NCBI GenBank assembly: GCA_964016885.1
Contig: OZ024746.1
Coordinates: 4,526,001-4,590,000, forward strand
DNA: 64,000 nt
Direction: 5' to 3'
Origin: Eledone cirrhosa
Taxonomy: Eukaryota
In this document: positions 13,351 to 28,416 of the stretch, piece by piece
Layout of the letters: each line of letters begins with the position of its first letter
Position numbering within the stretch: the first letter of the stretch is position 1
Notes under the pieces: generated by a model
Seen by the model: the letters and a program-made list of their open reading frames with translations, nothing else
The model's database searches: none
What the model was told of the DNA's origin: nothing
Translations under genes and position numbers: made by a program

Positions 13351-13879
13351 CACACATACATATATACATGTGTAAATTCGAATGAGAGAGTCTTGTGTCT
13401 ATGTTAGAAACCCACTCTCTCTCTATTGGCAAAAATTTGTGAAATTATTAAACCAGAAGAACATACATACATACACACATACATACATATATACACACAC
13501 ACACATACATACACACACACATACACACGCACATACACACACACATACACACATTCACACACACACACACACATACATAGATACATTCACACTCACACAT
13601 ACATACATTCACACACACACATACATACAACATATACTCAGGTATATTATAGCAGTGAAAACATCCACAAAAGAAGACATGTATACACATACTTCTATAT
13701 ATCCTTCTATATACACACACATAATTCCAATGTTATACACGTAGAGATACCCCGATTCACACATTGTACACACACAAGCACACATACACACATGTATACA
13801 CACACATACATACATACATATATAAATATATATATATATACACACATATACATATATATACATACAGATAGAACATATA

Positions 13880-13929
<50 letters not shown>

Positions 13930-14064
13930 CATATATATATACATACATATGTATACATATATACATACATATATATACATATATATATACATATATATAC
14001 ATATATATATACACACACACATACACATGCATATGAATACATATATATATATATATATATATTC

Positions 14065-14113
<49 letters not shown>

Positions 14114-17100
14114 GCATATATATATTATATTATATATATACACATATGCATATATAATATATATATAGACAAACACATACATATATTCACGCATACATAT
14201 ACATATTACTTCATCCATACATAGGTCCATATATGCAACACACTACTCTCATTGTATTACATTACATTATAGTCACACATTTTATCGGACGCCTAAATTA
14301 AAAACTGTTGCAAGCTGAGTAAAATGGCGACTGGTGCTGGTGAACGTCAAACATGATCCAGATATGTCACGGCCAATACAATCTGTCAATAGAGAACGCC
14401 ATGCGTAAGTTTAACTTCAGTGCTACGGGTCCGTTGAGGCAATGAATAGTTCATGTCAGTCGGCCATTTCTCTACGCTGATTGATGCAACAGCTCATAGT
14501 AAGGTCAAAAATGTCTATTGCTGTTCTCTCTCCCTTTCTTTCTTTTTTGTACTTTTTGTTATTGTCCATCTATCTCTATATCGTTCCTTCTTCATACATT
14601 CTTTATGCTTCTTTCCCTCCTTCCAATTCTCTTCTTTTCTTTTTATCAAGTTATTGGCAAATGGAAAAAGAAATCTTTTCCAGCGTCTTATGAATCAAGA
14701 TCGCTTGTTTCTATTATTCAACCGACCGCGTTAGTTAGCTGATTGAGCGAGATCTCGTGATATTTCACCGGATGGACATACGTCAGAAAGCGATGCCAAA
14801 AGAAATGTGGCCTGAATATGGTTTGGTTTGCATCTGTGTTCGGTTTCTTAATAGCAAACGTCTCTCCGACTATTCAGCGTGATTCAAGTGTGAACGATCA
14901 TCAACAAGCAACATTGCAAACGGCGATAAAGAAAGCAATCATTGGATAACCACAAAGTATGGTGATATATTGAAGATGAGTGAGAAAGGAAAATTAGTCT
15001 TTTTAAGGACAACCGACAACGTTGTGATATATTGCTAAGTGATTTGATTTGTCTAAACAAATTTTATATAGTTTTGTATAGCACCTTATATTTTAGTGAG
15101 TCTGCAGAAAGACATATCTCATATCTCAGTAACAAAGGGTTATCTTTTGATAACAATCAACAAAAGCAGACGTTTAATTACAATAATCTATGTTCTCTCA
15201 TCTGCTGAGTCAGCTTCTTTCAAATGCTCGTTCAATATAAAAGCCCAAAGAAAATCCTTTAGATCCTGTCTATTCTATTTTCTGGTTTATCTATGTAGTA
15301 TTAAACGGATATAGCAATATACTCCACCAACATCACAACAATCACCGCCACATTCACCACCACCATCCCAACTACCACTACCGCCACTCCACACATACAA
15401 TTGGATAGGAGAATATATTACAGACGAGTGTTTATTTTTCAGCTATATAAACATGTCGAATTATTATAAATCGGCTACAATGATCTAGGTGTTAATATAC
15501 TGAACTACGGACTATGATACAAACTTCCACGATTTCAACTGTTACCTCTGATATTAGATTGTGGCAATTCAACAGAAGTGATCTTGTTCACTTATTCTTT
15601 CTTCTTGATTTCAGTCGGTTTTAAAGGTCACAAGAAATTCCTCTTTCTTCACAATGAAATACATTATGAAAGACGCATTCCCCTCTATCTTGTCTTGAGC
15701 TGCTGATATTAGGAATGCGATAAAGCTCAACATGTGAGCTCAACTATGAAAATTGATGTTCTACTCTAAACTAACAGCAAGAAGAAAAGCTATGTGGATA
15801 CCTCCACCCGGTTCAAAGAAAACAACAATTAGACTGAATGGCTTCAAAAAAAGTTGAATAAAGTTTTGGCTATGATAATATTGGAAGGCTTCGAAGCATT
15901 ACACGGCAACTAAATACATTACTAAAGCGTTAAAACGTATAGAAAACACACAGATGCATGCAGAAATACACGAGTATCCACACACACATAACTACGCAAT
16001 CACAAACTTATTCACCCATACAAATAATTTCTTTTTGAATCAACGATGAAGGCTTTTAGTAGCTGCTCAACCTAACAAATATCCCTCAAATAACACTTAC
16101 ATCAATAAAGAACAACGCGTAAGATCATGACTGTAATTTTGAATCATAACCGGTGAGAGATGGCCTGAGGCTAAATAATAACGACAGTAACATATTTTAT
16201 TTCACACACACACACACACACACATACACACATATTTATATGGAACTAGCTGTTGAAACGGCAAGAGCTCAGTCGTCGGTCTCGGACCCTTTATAACATA
16301 GTATCGAGTATTCTTTTGAGTAATGGTTTAACTAGTTTAAAACCCGTTCTATCCTATTATATCTATATATTATTTGCCGAGATTAAGTAAGTGACATAGT
16401 CACTACTTTAAAACTCATAGCGAATGGTCTTTTAAATGTTTTTAATTAAACATACAGTATATTGCCAAATATACTATACATACATTCATATATATATATA
16501 TATATATATATATAGTCGTGCACAGACAAACACACATAAAACAATGTTATCACTTGCCAATATAATATCCCTTTCTATTCCATCAAAACATTTGCGATAA
16601 CTGCAATAACTTCACTACACTAACTGGAAACACAACCTCTGTCTAACTTGGGAATCCAGATAGATATACACAAAAAGACATACCCTACTCTCTCAGGCAT
16701 AGTAAAAAAAGTAACTAACGAGAGATACTTAACCTCTTTACTCATAGATTTTTTTAAAATTATGTATGCTTTCAATGTCAAGATATTGAGAACAAGTCAA
16801 AGACGCATTTTTATTATTGAAAATTGTAATTGAACATAATTTTAAATGGTTCCTCATTCTATAGAATGTCTTACATTATTTCGCATAGCTTCAGAATTAA
16901 TTGTTCAGGGATAATAGTAGACACTTTAAAATTTCATTGTTAACTATCTCCGATAACAATAACTATGAAGTAGAAGAAAAAATGCTTGAATAAATCACAA
17001 ATGTTAAGTCTCCCAACTAAATATTTTCATATATTGTATGTTTACTAGTGGTTGTTTACATTGTTGTTGTTGTTGGTAGGAAAGATATCATGGTGTTGCT

Positions 17101-17272
17101 GATCATGTCATGTTTGTTTTGCTATTTTTTATTGCATATTGTAAGTTATTTTGTTTTATGATATATATATGTTTGTGTGTGTGTTTTTTAGTATTTTATA
17201 TAAAGAAGTGACAAATGTAAATGTACTATATCGTTACTAAATATTAGATATTTTCATTTCAGCTACATTATT

Positions 17273-17331
<59 letters not shown>

Positions 17332-17428
17332 GTACTATCTTCATCTCTATCTTTCTCTCTCCCTCTTACACACACACATATACTTCCCTACCCTCTCTCT
17401 CTCTCTTTCTCTCTCTGTATATATATTA

Positions 17429-17491
<63 letters not shown>

Positions 17492-17503
17492 TACATACAA
17501 TTT

Positions 17504-17695
17504 ACTCAGCTGCAGATATGAGTTGCGGCGTCACTGGTGCCAAGCTTGGACAACATCAATGGCGTGGAGAGGTGGGACTGGTAGACATGGGTGACTGCTG
17601 GGCTTCCACAAACATCCTGGACTTGTGGCTGGAGATCTTTCTAGGTGCAAATCGCATGGTCACTTCTGACCGAAGGGGGTTTTTACCCTTAACCT
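17504..17695 (+). mobile_element. SINE family 2, 3' portion
   Basis: Homologous to the reverse complement of 6753-6980. Confidence 0.8.
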
Positions 17696-17770
17696 TTACA
17701 TACATATATACATATCCCTGTGATGGTGATAGACGCCAGAATGAGTACTCAATACCGAAGTAGAGTTTAA

Positions 17771-17961
17771 TAATTGTTTCTACTATTGGCACAAGGCCAG
17801 CAATTACCCAGTAGATTACTGGTACTTTATTTTATCGACCCCGTGAGGATGAAAGGCAAAGTTAACCTCGGCGGGATTTGAACTCAGAATAGCAAGGGCC
17901 GTAACTCTATGCGTCAAAGCATGGCGTCCAACCCTCTACCGATACTGCCAATCCACCGCTC
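17771..17961 (-). mobile_element. tRNA-derived SINE family 1, full length
   Basis: Head GCGGTGGATTGGCAGTATCGGTAGAG..GAGTTCAAATCC; central GCCTTTCATCC..GGGGTCGATAAAATAAAGTACCAG; TAGAGTTTAATAAT repeated on both flanks. Confidence 0.9.
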
Positions 17962-18090
17962 TAGAGTAGAGTTTAATAATACTCTTTATAATGGTTGTGT
18001 GATGAGTATTGTTACTTTGGAGCTTCCGGTGTGTACCTATAGGATCATCAAACAACCATGGCATATATATATGTGTGTGCATGTATGTAT

Positions 18091-18339
18091 ATATATACAT
18101 ACTACTGTACGTCTGTATACATATATGTATGTACGTATACATACTTATATTTAAGTAACTGCCGTACTAAGAGTGAGAAATGAAATTTCGTTTCATTCTA
18201 TTCCATTTATATATATATATATATATTGGAATAGAATGAAACGAAATTTCATTTCTCACTCTTAGTACGGCTGATACTTAAATGTAAGTATGTATGTATG
18301 TATACGTACATACATATATGTATACAGACGTACAGTAGC

Positions 18340-18349
<10 letters not shown>
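18091..18349. repeat. ~115-bp inverted repeat with central (TA)n
   Basis: 18091-18205 versus 18227-18349. Confidence 0.9.
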
Positions 18350-18400
<51 letters not shown>

Positions 18401-18408
<8 letters not shown>

Positions 18409-18635
18409 CAGGTACACATATATATATGTACGTATCAGTTTAGCGAACGTTTATTATAACGCTCGCTTTGTCCGTTTGTAAACAAACGGACAGCCTGATT
18501 TATGCCATACGGTGTTAAGGCAACCACGTCACCTTTTTGTTCAACACTGACACAGGAACGATGTACTACTAAACTGATACGTACTGAACGCTAAACTGAT
18601 ACGTACATATATATATGTGTACCTGTATGTATATA
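18401..18635. repeat. Segment bounded by ~45-bp inverted termini (MITE-like or fold-back)
   Basis: TATACATACAGGTACAC..CGTATCAGTTTAGCG / CGCTAAACTGATACG..GTGTACCTGTATGTATA. Confidence 0.75.
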
Positions 18636-18652
18636 AATATATATATATATAT

Positions 18653-18695
<43 letters not shown>

Positions 18696-18814
18696 GTGGT
18701 ACTGAGAGAGGGGAGACCACTAATCATGGGAGTACTCAATTCATGAGGAGAGGCTGGGTGAATGTAAGATCTCGACCACGACGCCAATTCTCTTTGTTTT
18801 CAATTATTGTTTCT

Positions 18815-19082
18815 TCCTTTCCCAAATGTTCCTCCCTCTCTCTATCATCTAATGTGTAGTCCCACATGTTATATACACACTTTCCCACGTGTTCCTTCCT
18901 CTCTCTATTATTTTATGTGTAGCCCCACATGTTATATACACACTTTCTCACATGTTCCTTCCTCTCTCTGTCATCTGATGTGTAGTCCCACGTGTTATAT
19001 ACACACTTTCCCACATGTTATATACACACTTTCCCACGTGTTCCTCCCTCTCTCTATCATCTAATGTGTACTCCCACATGTT
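18815..19082. repeat. ~61-bp tandem repeat (~4 copies)
   Basis: CCCACATGTTATATACACACTTTCCCACGTGTTCCTTCCTCTCTCTATCATCTAATGTGTAGT-like unit. Confidence 0.85.
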
Positions 19083-19151
19083 AAAATAATATTCTTCATT
19101 TTCACAGTATTCCTCCTTACTTGATTTTTTTTTACTTGTTACTTCGTTCAC

Positions 19152-19198
<47 letters not shown>

Positions 19199-19483
19199 GT
19201 ATGTATGTATGTATGTATGTTTGTATGTATGTATGTATGTATGTATGTATGTATGTATGTATGTATGTATGTATGTATGTATGCATGTATGTCTAAATGT
19301 ATGTATGCATGTATGTGTCTATGTGTGTATATGTATGTATGCATATATGTATATATATATTTATATGTATGTATCTATGTATATATGTGTGTATGTATAT
19401 ATGTATATATGTATATATGCATATATGTATATATACATGCATGTGTACATATGTATGTATGTATTTATGTATATATATATATA

Positions 19484-19940
19484 TAAAGGGCGGAAGAACT
19501 CATAAGAGTCAACGGCCATCCAAAAGTGTGTAAATATGTATATACACATGTACATATGTGTATATACATGGGTGCATGTGTATGTGTATGCGCGGTGACA
19601 TAGAAATAGTCGGGCTGGACACCCGATCGCGCAGTTGTACCACTGAGAGTGAAGGACCCCTAACCTTTGTCAGGGCATTCTTCTAGGAGAAGGCAACTCA
19701 GGAGACTGGGATAACTCCGATATAAAACCTGCGGCTCAGTAGTTACCGATGATGTTGATCTTTTCTTCTATCCGGGTTATGGCTACAGTCTCTCAGAGAG
19801 TGGGATTGGCTCAGTGCAGTCTTTCCTCACTTTAAAATATATCTTCACACACAGGCATTGCACCATAGAATTAATTAATAATTATTAATAATGGTATATC
19901 GTGCAATGGCCATACTCGATAACGAGGGGGCAGCCATCAT
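19484..19940 (+). mobile_element. Diverged RTE-5'UTR-derived element followed by a LINE-like 3' terminus
   Basis: Patchy homology to the reverse complement of 12600-12865 and of 13100-13150. Confidence 0.6.
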
Positions 19941-21052
19941 ATATATATATGTATGTAGTTATGTATATATATATGTGTGTATGTATATATGTATATATGT
20001 ATATGTACAGGCATGTATGTATCCGAAAATATCTATATACGTACACGAACATATCTATATATGTATGCACCTGTATCGACCGAATTACACGTATATGCCT
20101 ACAACATACATATATAAAATATAATGTATTCATTATATATGTATATATAATTATATATGTATATATAATTATATATGTATATATAATTATATATGTATAT
20201 ATAATTGAATAAATAGATACTTCCAAGTCGATACATTAGCTTCGTTTATGAAGATATAGAATCTGCGTATGTGTGTATGCGCATGTGTATGCGCATGTGT
20301 ATGCGCATGTGTATGCGAATGTGTATGCGCATTCCAAAGCCTGAATGTATATATGGGTTGGTGTGATATCGTGTATATGTATGTATGTACATGTATATGT
20401 ATGTATAAGTGTGTGTATGCATGTTATACGTATATGTGTAGGTGTGTAGGAACACATATTACATCAGTGAATATTTGTGAAGTAAAAGAAAATATCCTTT
20501 AGGAGGTTTTTCTCTGTTTATAAAATGAAAGTGTTCTTTCATAACTATTCAGTAATTAATGACTTGGAACAACTTGTTTTCACGCATCATTAAGCTGCTC
20601 CAGATTTCGGCATTATTGTCAAGTGTCTTTGGCAAAGGTCACTGATGCCATATCGCATGAAATGGACCATTATTTTTAAACTATTAATATCCTTTATCAA
20701 AGATATCGTTCACATTGCACGGCTCTTAGGGTACTGTCCATTCCCATCACTGAACACGATCAAACTAGTCATTCTCTCATTCTCTCATTCTCTCATTCTC
20801 TCATTCTTTCTCTCTCGTTTTTTTTTTTTTCATTATTTTTGTGTTGATATTTTTTGTTTTGTTTTCTTTTTCTTTGTTTCTTCTATTGTTATGTGTAGTG
20901 AAGTGTAAGTAAATCAAGCTGGGTGCTGCTGTGTTGTACACGTTAAGCCCCCCCCCCCCTCTCTCTCTCTCTATCTATTTATCTCTCTATCTATCTCTCC
21001 TATTTATTTCTACACATGTCATATAGAAAAGAATTTCTCACTCTATCCCTAA

Positions 21053-21101
<49 letters not shown>

Positions 21102-21297
21102 GCACTCAAACACAAAATCGTGAGGACGTAGATACACACACACACGCACATTCCCACACACACACACATTAAATTCCTTAAATTAAAATGTATTGCTCAT
21201 TACATCTTGAAAATTCTACCTATTTTTGTTTTGGTTTTTTTCAGTCTCTGTTGCTCTTGATTTAGTACCACCTCTGTCTTTCTCTCTCTCGCTTTCT

Positions 21298-21406
<109 letters not shown>

Positions 21407-21598
21407 GCTCTCCCTCTCTCGATCAACCCTCTATCTTTCTATTTTTGTCTCTCACCTCTCTCTCTCGCTTTCTCTCTCTTTGTCTCTCTCACACTCACAC
21501 ACAAACACACACGGACACACAGATACGAATGGACGCGTTCACACTCGCATACACAGATACATACTCCATACATTCGCACACATAAACACATACACACA

Positions 21599-21694
<96 letters not shown>

Positions 21695-22766
21695 AGATTT
21701 GTTCTGAAGATCAAGATTTAACTGCTCAACTGTACATTCCATTCCGTATGATATATTTTCCTTTGAGTGACACCAAGTTAATAAGTACATTTAGTCATAT
21801 TTTTACATATTCGATTGGACACAAAAATGATTTTGAAAGGCGTGGTATTCGATTGAGCGGTCTTCTGTGTTACTTTTTTACACTCTTTTTCTTCTTGTTT
21901 ATATTGAACCCGTAAAGCTCAAGATTTCAACTGTGAGAAGCAAAATAAATGGCGTTATAAATATTCTCCAGTATTTTATTGTCTCCGCTACCAAAACAGC
22001 ACTACAGGAATTCTTCAAGGGATTTTATTTAATTCTGTTTAGTCATCATCATTTTCAGTGCCTCGGTGTTTAGTAGGAGGGAAGTAAAAAGGTATCTTCG
22101 CAATAGAGACCTGGTCCGAATGCTTGCAATAAAGTTGACCCAGCTAAGGTCACCCAATGGCCCGATGGATTAAGTCAACTGCCCAAGCAGATCACATTGG
22201 AATTGAGACTCAGAACGCAACAATCCGAAACATATACTACAAAGCTTCTCATCGGATGGTGTAAAAATTCCACCTGCCCACCCTCTTGACTGACATTTTC
22301 TTTTATCGACGCTGAAGGGATGAAAAGCAAACTTGATACTGGAGGGAGTTGAACTAAGGTGTGAATAGTACACGACATTTTGTCAAATGTTCTTACGACT
22401 ACGAATCTAACCTAGAATCTAAACGATCATTTGACTCATTGTCAAGTGATGTAAGTGGAGAACATAGTGAACAATTTATTCTTATAACAACTTTTAAGTT
22501 GGATGTTTTCTTATAGAGATTAATTATTTAAACATAATCAGTTCTCCGATAATACTTTTATGTTCAGAAGTAGATTCTATTGGCAACGAAGTGGCGGAAT
22601 AACTGGAGAATCATTAGATTGCTTCCAAGTGTCCGTTTTGTCTCTCTACATCCTGTGTTCAACTTTACCGTTTGTCATTTGGGGCTTGTAAATAAGATAT
22701 CAGCCTCGTACTGTGGTCACTTCTTTTTCTTCTTCTACTATTACTCTCCCCCCCCCCCTCTCTATT

Positions 22767-22837
<71 letters not shown>

Positions 22838-23919
22838 TACACACACAATTTCTTTATTTTTATCTCTCCACCTCTGGAAGAAACCATGGAGAGTGATTAG
22901 ATCCACCAGATTTTAAATGTTGGATTCACGCTGTGTACCACGATGGTTCTCCTACAGCTCTACCAAGAATTGAGGACTTAATAAAGGAAGGAATAAAATA
23001 GGTTTCAATTAGCCGAGTGAGTAAATTATTGGACTATCAGCTCATGAATTTTGGGATGTAATAACGGTTAGAGATTTGCTGTGCTTCTTGACCGGATATT
23101 TAATTATTCCGTAAAGCAGTAGAATCCGAGGAAACTAATGATATTCAGCGTCAACAAATAGTAATAAAAATAGGTCACACAGTGGAATGAGTTTTGTATC
23201 TTGAAGAAGAAGAGAAGTTTAATGCATTACGTAGAACCGTCCGTCGGAGAAAGATGAAATGTCAACTAGTGTTACAGACAAAATAAATTGAGATTAATAT
23301 GTGAGAAAAGAATTATTACCTTCTTTGACTCCTCCTTATCTTTCATCGTCATAGATATTTTTGCACATGTTTATTAATTCCAACTTATTGAATTTATGCC
23401 ACTGTTTGAACTATTTAATCATACGGTTCTAGGTTGGCCTATTTATTGAGAATAGGAACTAATTCTTCGAGGAATGTTTCTTGCATTCGATTTAGCAAAG
23501 TGTAGTTAGCACCAGTAAAGACATTTTTCTAACTTCCGTAACCAAGTCTGATCATTTCTTCCAAAGACAGAGAAAGACGACTGAAGAAGATAAGGATTGA
23601 CTCAAGTACAGAGTTGATACTTCATCTATTGACATCGTAGAGACGAACGACAAAGTTCGTCTCAGTGAGATGGAATTCAGATGGGGCCAGAACGATATTC
23701 TAACGTCTCTCCTAATCAGCTTTTTATAGTAATTTTAAAAAAACGGTTAGTCACAGTCTATATAAGGTCTTGAACCTACATTTTTACTTTCACCTTATTC
23801 ACTATTAGGATCAATAAAAACTCATTTAACTAAGCGATAATCAGTAAATATAAACTGTAGTTGTTTGGCTGTTAGCCTGGTATCTTATCTATTTGGTCAG
23901 TATGGACATACTTCCTCAT

Positions 23920-23958
<39 letters not shown>

Positions 23959-25439
23959 AATTTATAATTTGACAGATTGAACTGTGGTCAACAGTTTTAG
24001 ACAATTGTAGTGTCCTTAGTATTTTGTTTGATACTTATTTTATTGGTAAGTTCAATACGGCATAAAAGGGCTTAACTTGGACAGACTATATGGCAAGTGG
24101 ATATTTTTAAGCGACACGCCGATTTATCAGCAATATCTTTCACATACACACACACACACACACACACACATATCTATACATATGCAACTGTGTGTATGTA
24201 TTTATATGTATACATACGATTCGCTTCCGTACAAATTCTACTCACAAGTAATTGGTAAACTTATGCTGTGGTAGAAGATATATGTTTGAGGTGACTTACA
24301 CCAGAATTGAACCTGAAATCAAGTGGTTACAAAGACGAACGTTTTAACCACACAGTCACAGAGACTGGGTAGAATATGTATTTTCAGGTTGTCTATGTTT
24401 ATATATTTACGTCTGAATGTACTAAAGTGTTCAACACACGCAGGAAACTGTTCAGTCTGATATATGAACATGTATATTTAATAAGTAGTCCGTTTCCGGA
24501 ACACCATCGGTTCACAGCGGTATCTTGTGGATGCAGGAAGCCTCAGAATTTGGCCGTCAAATACATATAATTGATAATGAAATAAAAGGTCGCAAAGATT
24601 ATTTTAGAATCTAAACTATAATAAAGGAAGGTCTGCGGGATTGCGTACGGTTTATTTATTTTTTTATCCCGTTTGTAAAATAATTTGGATTACTTTGAAT
24701 AAATAATGAATGAATATTACATAATTTATCTACTAAATTTCATGGCTGTTCATTAAATATATTTTGTTTATTTAAAGAATCACTTCTTTAAAATTTCTGA
24801 AATGTCAACACTTCCAATGGCGAGCGCTTAAATAAACATACTAATTTTCCGTCACTAATTTTCTCCTAATGCAGTTTATATATAATATCGTCTTTTTTAA
24901 TGTATCATAGATTACTTTACTGATTACATAAGACAGTGTAATGCAGTCTTCGTTCAATTTCTGTGTATTATATATTGTCAATTACGATTTTATTTGATGT
25001 ATCTACATGTATATATACCTGCGTATAATATCAATATACACACTAGCAGAAAACCACCCGAAGGCTGGTTTTTCTGCTAGTTAAAATAATGTATTTTATA
25101 CGTGATAGGAAAATATATTTTTTTCGCCTTCCTACATTAATACTAAACTACACCAACAAAACTACACCAACACTAAACGGGACCCTATGACGGTGATTCT
25201 TGACCTGAAAGTCATTTCTCCTTAAACTTCGGATCGTTTCTAGTCCAAATAGGGAGATCTTGATCGAGAGAGGATTATGCAAGAATTTGATTTTATGCAA
25301 ATATTTTAATTTCTATATTAGAATACTTTGTGAATCTGTTTTGGGCAGACAAGTAAGCATTTTCGCTTTTAAACAACATTCACAGAATCTTACAGTTTCC
25401 AACTGAATTAAAAAAATTAAAAAGAATTTGTATTCATTA

Positions 25440-25826
25440 TTGGCAGTATCGTAGAGAGTCGGACGCCATGCTTTGACGCATAGAGTTACGGCCCTTGCCA
25501 TTCTGAGTTCAAATCCCGCCGAGGTTAACTTTGCCTTTCATCCTTACGGGGTCGATAAAATAAAGTACCAGTAATGCGCTGAGATAATTGCTGGCCTTGT
25601 GCCTAAAGTAGAAACAATTATATCCTATAGATTCAAGGGCGGTGAATTGGCAGTATCAGTAGAAGGTTGGACGCCATGCTCTCTAACATAGTTACGTCCC
25701 TTTACAGTCTGAGTTCAAATCCCGTCGAGGTTAACTTTGCCCTTCATACTTACGGGGTCGATAAAATAAAGTACCAGTAATACACTGTGATAATTGCTGG
25801 CCTTGTGCCAATAGCAGAAACAATTA
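25440..25826 (+). mobile_element. Two tandem SINE family 1 copies (25440-25620, 25637-25826)
   Basis: A/B boxes and conserved core in each; both followed by TATCCTATAGA. Confidence 0.9.
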
Positions 25827-26733
25827 TATCCTATAGAAGTGTAAACAAAACATCAGATTTCGTACATTATCGATGGGGAAACATTATCGCCCGGAAATTC
25901 AGAGTAAAACGTAAGATGATCTTGTGTATGGTTTTTAATTAATGTGCAGGACTATACGTGTTTTTTGTCTAAAATACTGAAAGTAATGATGTTTATTATT
26001 ACTTTTCCCATTACAACTCTTCATATTACAAATTAATTAAAGGGATAATTTCTTTCTATTACGTACTACCTAGGAAATTCCTTTTTCCACAGAAGTTTTA
26101 TAAAATTCTCCATGGGGTATCCGTGGCCTGGAAATTCACCTTTATAATATCTTTCCCTTTATACGTTTTACTTACATTAATATAAAATATGAGATTATTT
26201 TTTTTTTAATTGTTGTGAAAGGATTGTATGGCATTGAATCTAATATTTATGATTTCTGCGGAAGCCAACCGTTTCTAATGTTTATTTCTAATATTGCCTT
26301 TTAGATACATATTTATATCGATTTTTTTGGCTTTCTTGTTGGGAATTTACTATTTTAAGTATAATGCTGGCTGTAGTAAAACATATATAAGGAGTAGGCT
26401 ATTTTCAAATCTCTTTTACAAACATACATCGTCTTGCAACAATAGTAAGTAGTTTATGTAGCTTGTATTTTTTAGTTATATGGACAAATTGTTTAGATTC
26501 TTTTAGTAGTTTGCTTGAATCATTGTGTATAATATATAATGTAGAAAATGATATATATAAGAAGGCCAAGACAATGTGAAATGGACGGTAAAATGAAGTA
26601 AAATGAAGGCAACGATAACGCTTTGTTACCTGGTATTTATTATTATCTTTTTTTTTCGTCCTAATATTTCGGGACTTAAAATCCCTTCCTCGGAGTATGG
26701 GAAACTCTCAGGGCAAAACTTTCTAAACTATAA

Positions 26734-26925
26734 TAATTGTTTCTACTTTTGGAACAAGGCCAGCAAATTACCCAGTGTATTACTGGTACTTTATTTTATC
26801 GACCCCATAAGGATGAAAAGTAAAGTTAACCTCGGCGGGATTTGAACTCAGAATGGCAAGGGCCGTAACTCTATGCATCAAAGCATGGCGTCCGACCTTC
26901 TACCGATACTGCCAATCCACCGCCC
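26734..26925 (-). mobile_element. SINE family 1, full length with 14-bp TSD
   Basis: TTTCTAAACTATAA at 26720-26733 and 26926-26939. Confidence 0.93.
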
Positions 26926-28099
26926 TTTCTAAACTATAACAGACTTAGTTAAACATTATTTGTTTTACTGTATCATTTTTAATGTTTGTTAAATACACTC
27001 GATTTTTATCCCATAACTGTCTTCTATTTAAACTTTATGAATCATCATAGCTCTGAAAATATTCAAAATTTTAAAATGTGAGAGTCCAAAAAGGAGAAAA
27101 TAAGAGTAATAACAGTGGATCATTACAGATAGTAGTTGAGGAAACTGGGTAAATTAACTTATCAGACGGACGAAAGAGACAGAGGTACCTACTCTCTACC
27201 TTTTTTCCACATCTCAGAGTAATTTACGCAATTTTCTCAACTCTATAGTGATCGACTGTTATTGCAGTTATGTCCTGTATTTGGGACTCTCACATTTGAA
27301 CATTTGCTTTCCTTTTGTTTCATTGGTAACTCTTATATTACCCAAACATTTCTTTTTGACTGTGAAACGATAGAATAACATGGTATGGTGTCTGAACATA
27401 TAGTTGAAGTGTCTGACTTGAAAAATTATGATATCGTCAAACCGATCGATGCTTTAAATCAATAGGTGATGTGGTTTGATCCCATTTCAGTTACAAATAT
27501 ATAGGAAATTAACTGCAGAGATCGAATAATTAGTTTTACCATTTCCAGCAATATTCTTAGCTCAATGTACTTTGAGTGCTGTGATGAACTTGTTGACTAA
27601 AAATTGAAGCCATCTCATCATCTGCATGTGCGAGCAAAATTAACCTATTTTCACCTCGATTTTCTTAATTAGTGTTGCAGAACAAGGCTCATAATTCTGA
27701 TTAGAATTGTATAGTTTCGATGGCCATTTGTTCAATTAGCTATAATTATAGAACGAGTGATTTTTTTTTTCTATTATATCTTTATCTTTCCTTTTTAATT
27801 AAATATTCAAAATTTATTATATTTCATTTTCTTTTAACGAATTAATTTCTTAAGTTTTAACTTAATCATCGTTATTTTAGAAATTAGGCAAAAATATACA
27901 TTTTTAACAAATTGGGAGGATTTCTTGCAAACTGATGTAGAACATGAAGAAACAATAATGTTTGCAATGACGCGACTTGCTGGAATTAACAGAAATTCCC
28001 CTTAAATCTCACATTTCCCTCTTTAAAGATGGACCACAGATATATCTACAGTGTTATTAATCATAGGTCTTAAAGTTTAAAGTCTGTCTCAGGAGGCGC

Positions 28100-28226
28100 T
28101 CAGGCCAGTGCTTATCCCGGTTTCGTGGTGTGAAGTGACTGAGAGTACAAGACTTCCCCCTGGATAGGACACCACTCCATCGCAGAACTACCCCGCCCCC
28201 ACTCCTTGCTACAGTTGGTACTCATT

Positions 28227-28228
<2 letters not shown>
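28100..28228 (-). mobile_element. SINE fragment with V-domain-like core
   Basis: Minus: TAAATGAGTACC...CTGCGATGGAGTGGTGTCCTATCCAGGGGG...GAAACCGGGATAAGC. Confidence 0.55.
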
Positions 28229-28289
<61 letters not shown>

Positions 28290-28292
<3 letters not shown>

Positions 28293-28415
28293 AAAAGTAA
28301 ACAGAAATAACAGAACGACGCAGTACAGGAAAGGAATATGTTAGTTTAACTCTTAAAATAGCAGGAAGAGAATGTTAACGTTTTGGACACTAATCTTTCA
28401 TCAGAAAGTAGAAGG
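28290..28415 (-). mobile_element. Family C cassette with inactivated minimal HHR
   Basis: Minus: CTGATGA-AAGATTAGTGTCC-AAAA-CGTTAAC (GAAA changed to AAAA), then the family C tail. Confidence 0.6.
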
Positions 28416-28416
28416 G

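Noticed and set aside
14320-14800. Possible promoter or first exon (AAAATGGCG, GTAAGT at ~14405, CpG-richer patch)
   Set aside because: Short motifs only; no downstream exons or ORF could be linked.
25042-25081. Hairpin ACTAGCAGAAAACCA..TGGTTTTTCTGCTAGT as a Helitron/Helentron end
   Set aside because: Single occurrence with no matching other terminus visible.
25637-25730. tRNA genes at SINE heads
   Set aside because: A/B boxes are present but there is no complete cloverleaf, and each continues into a SINE body.
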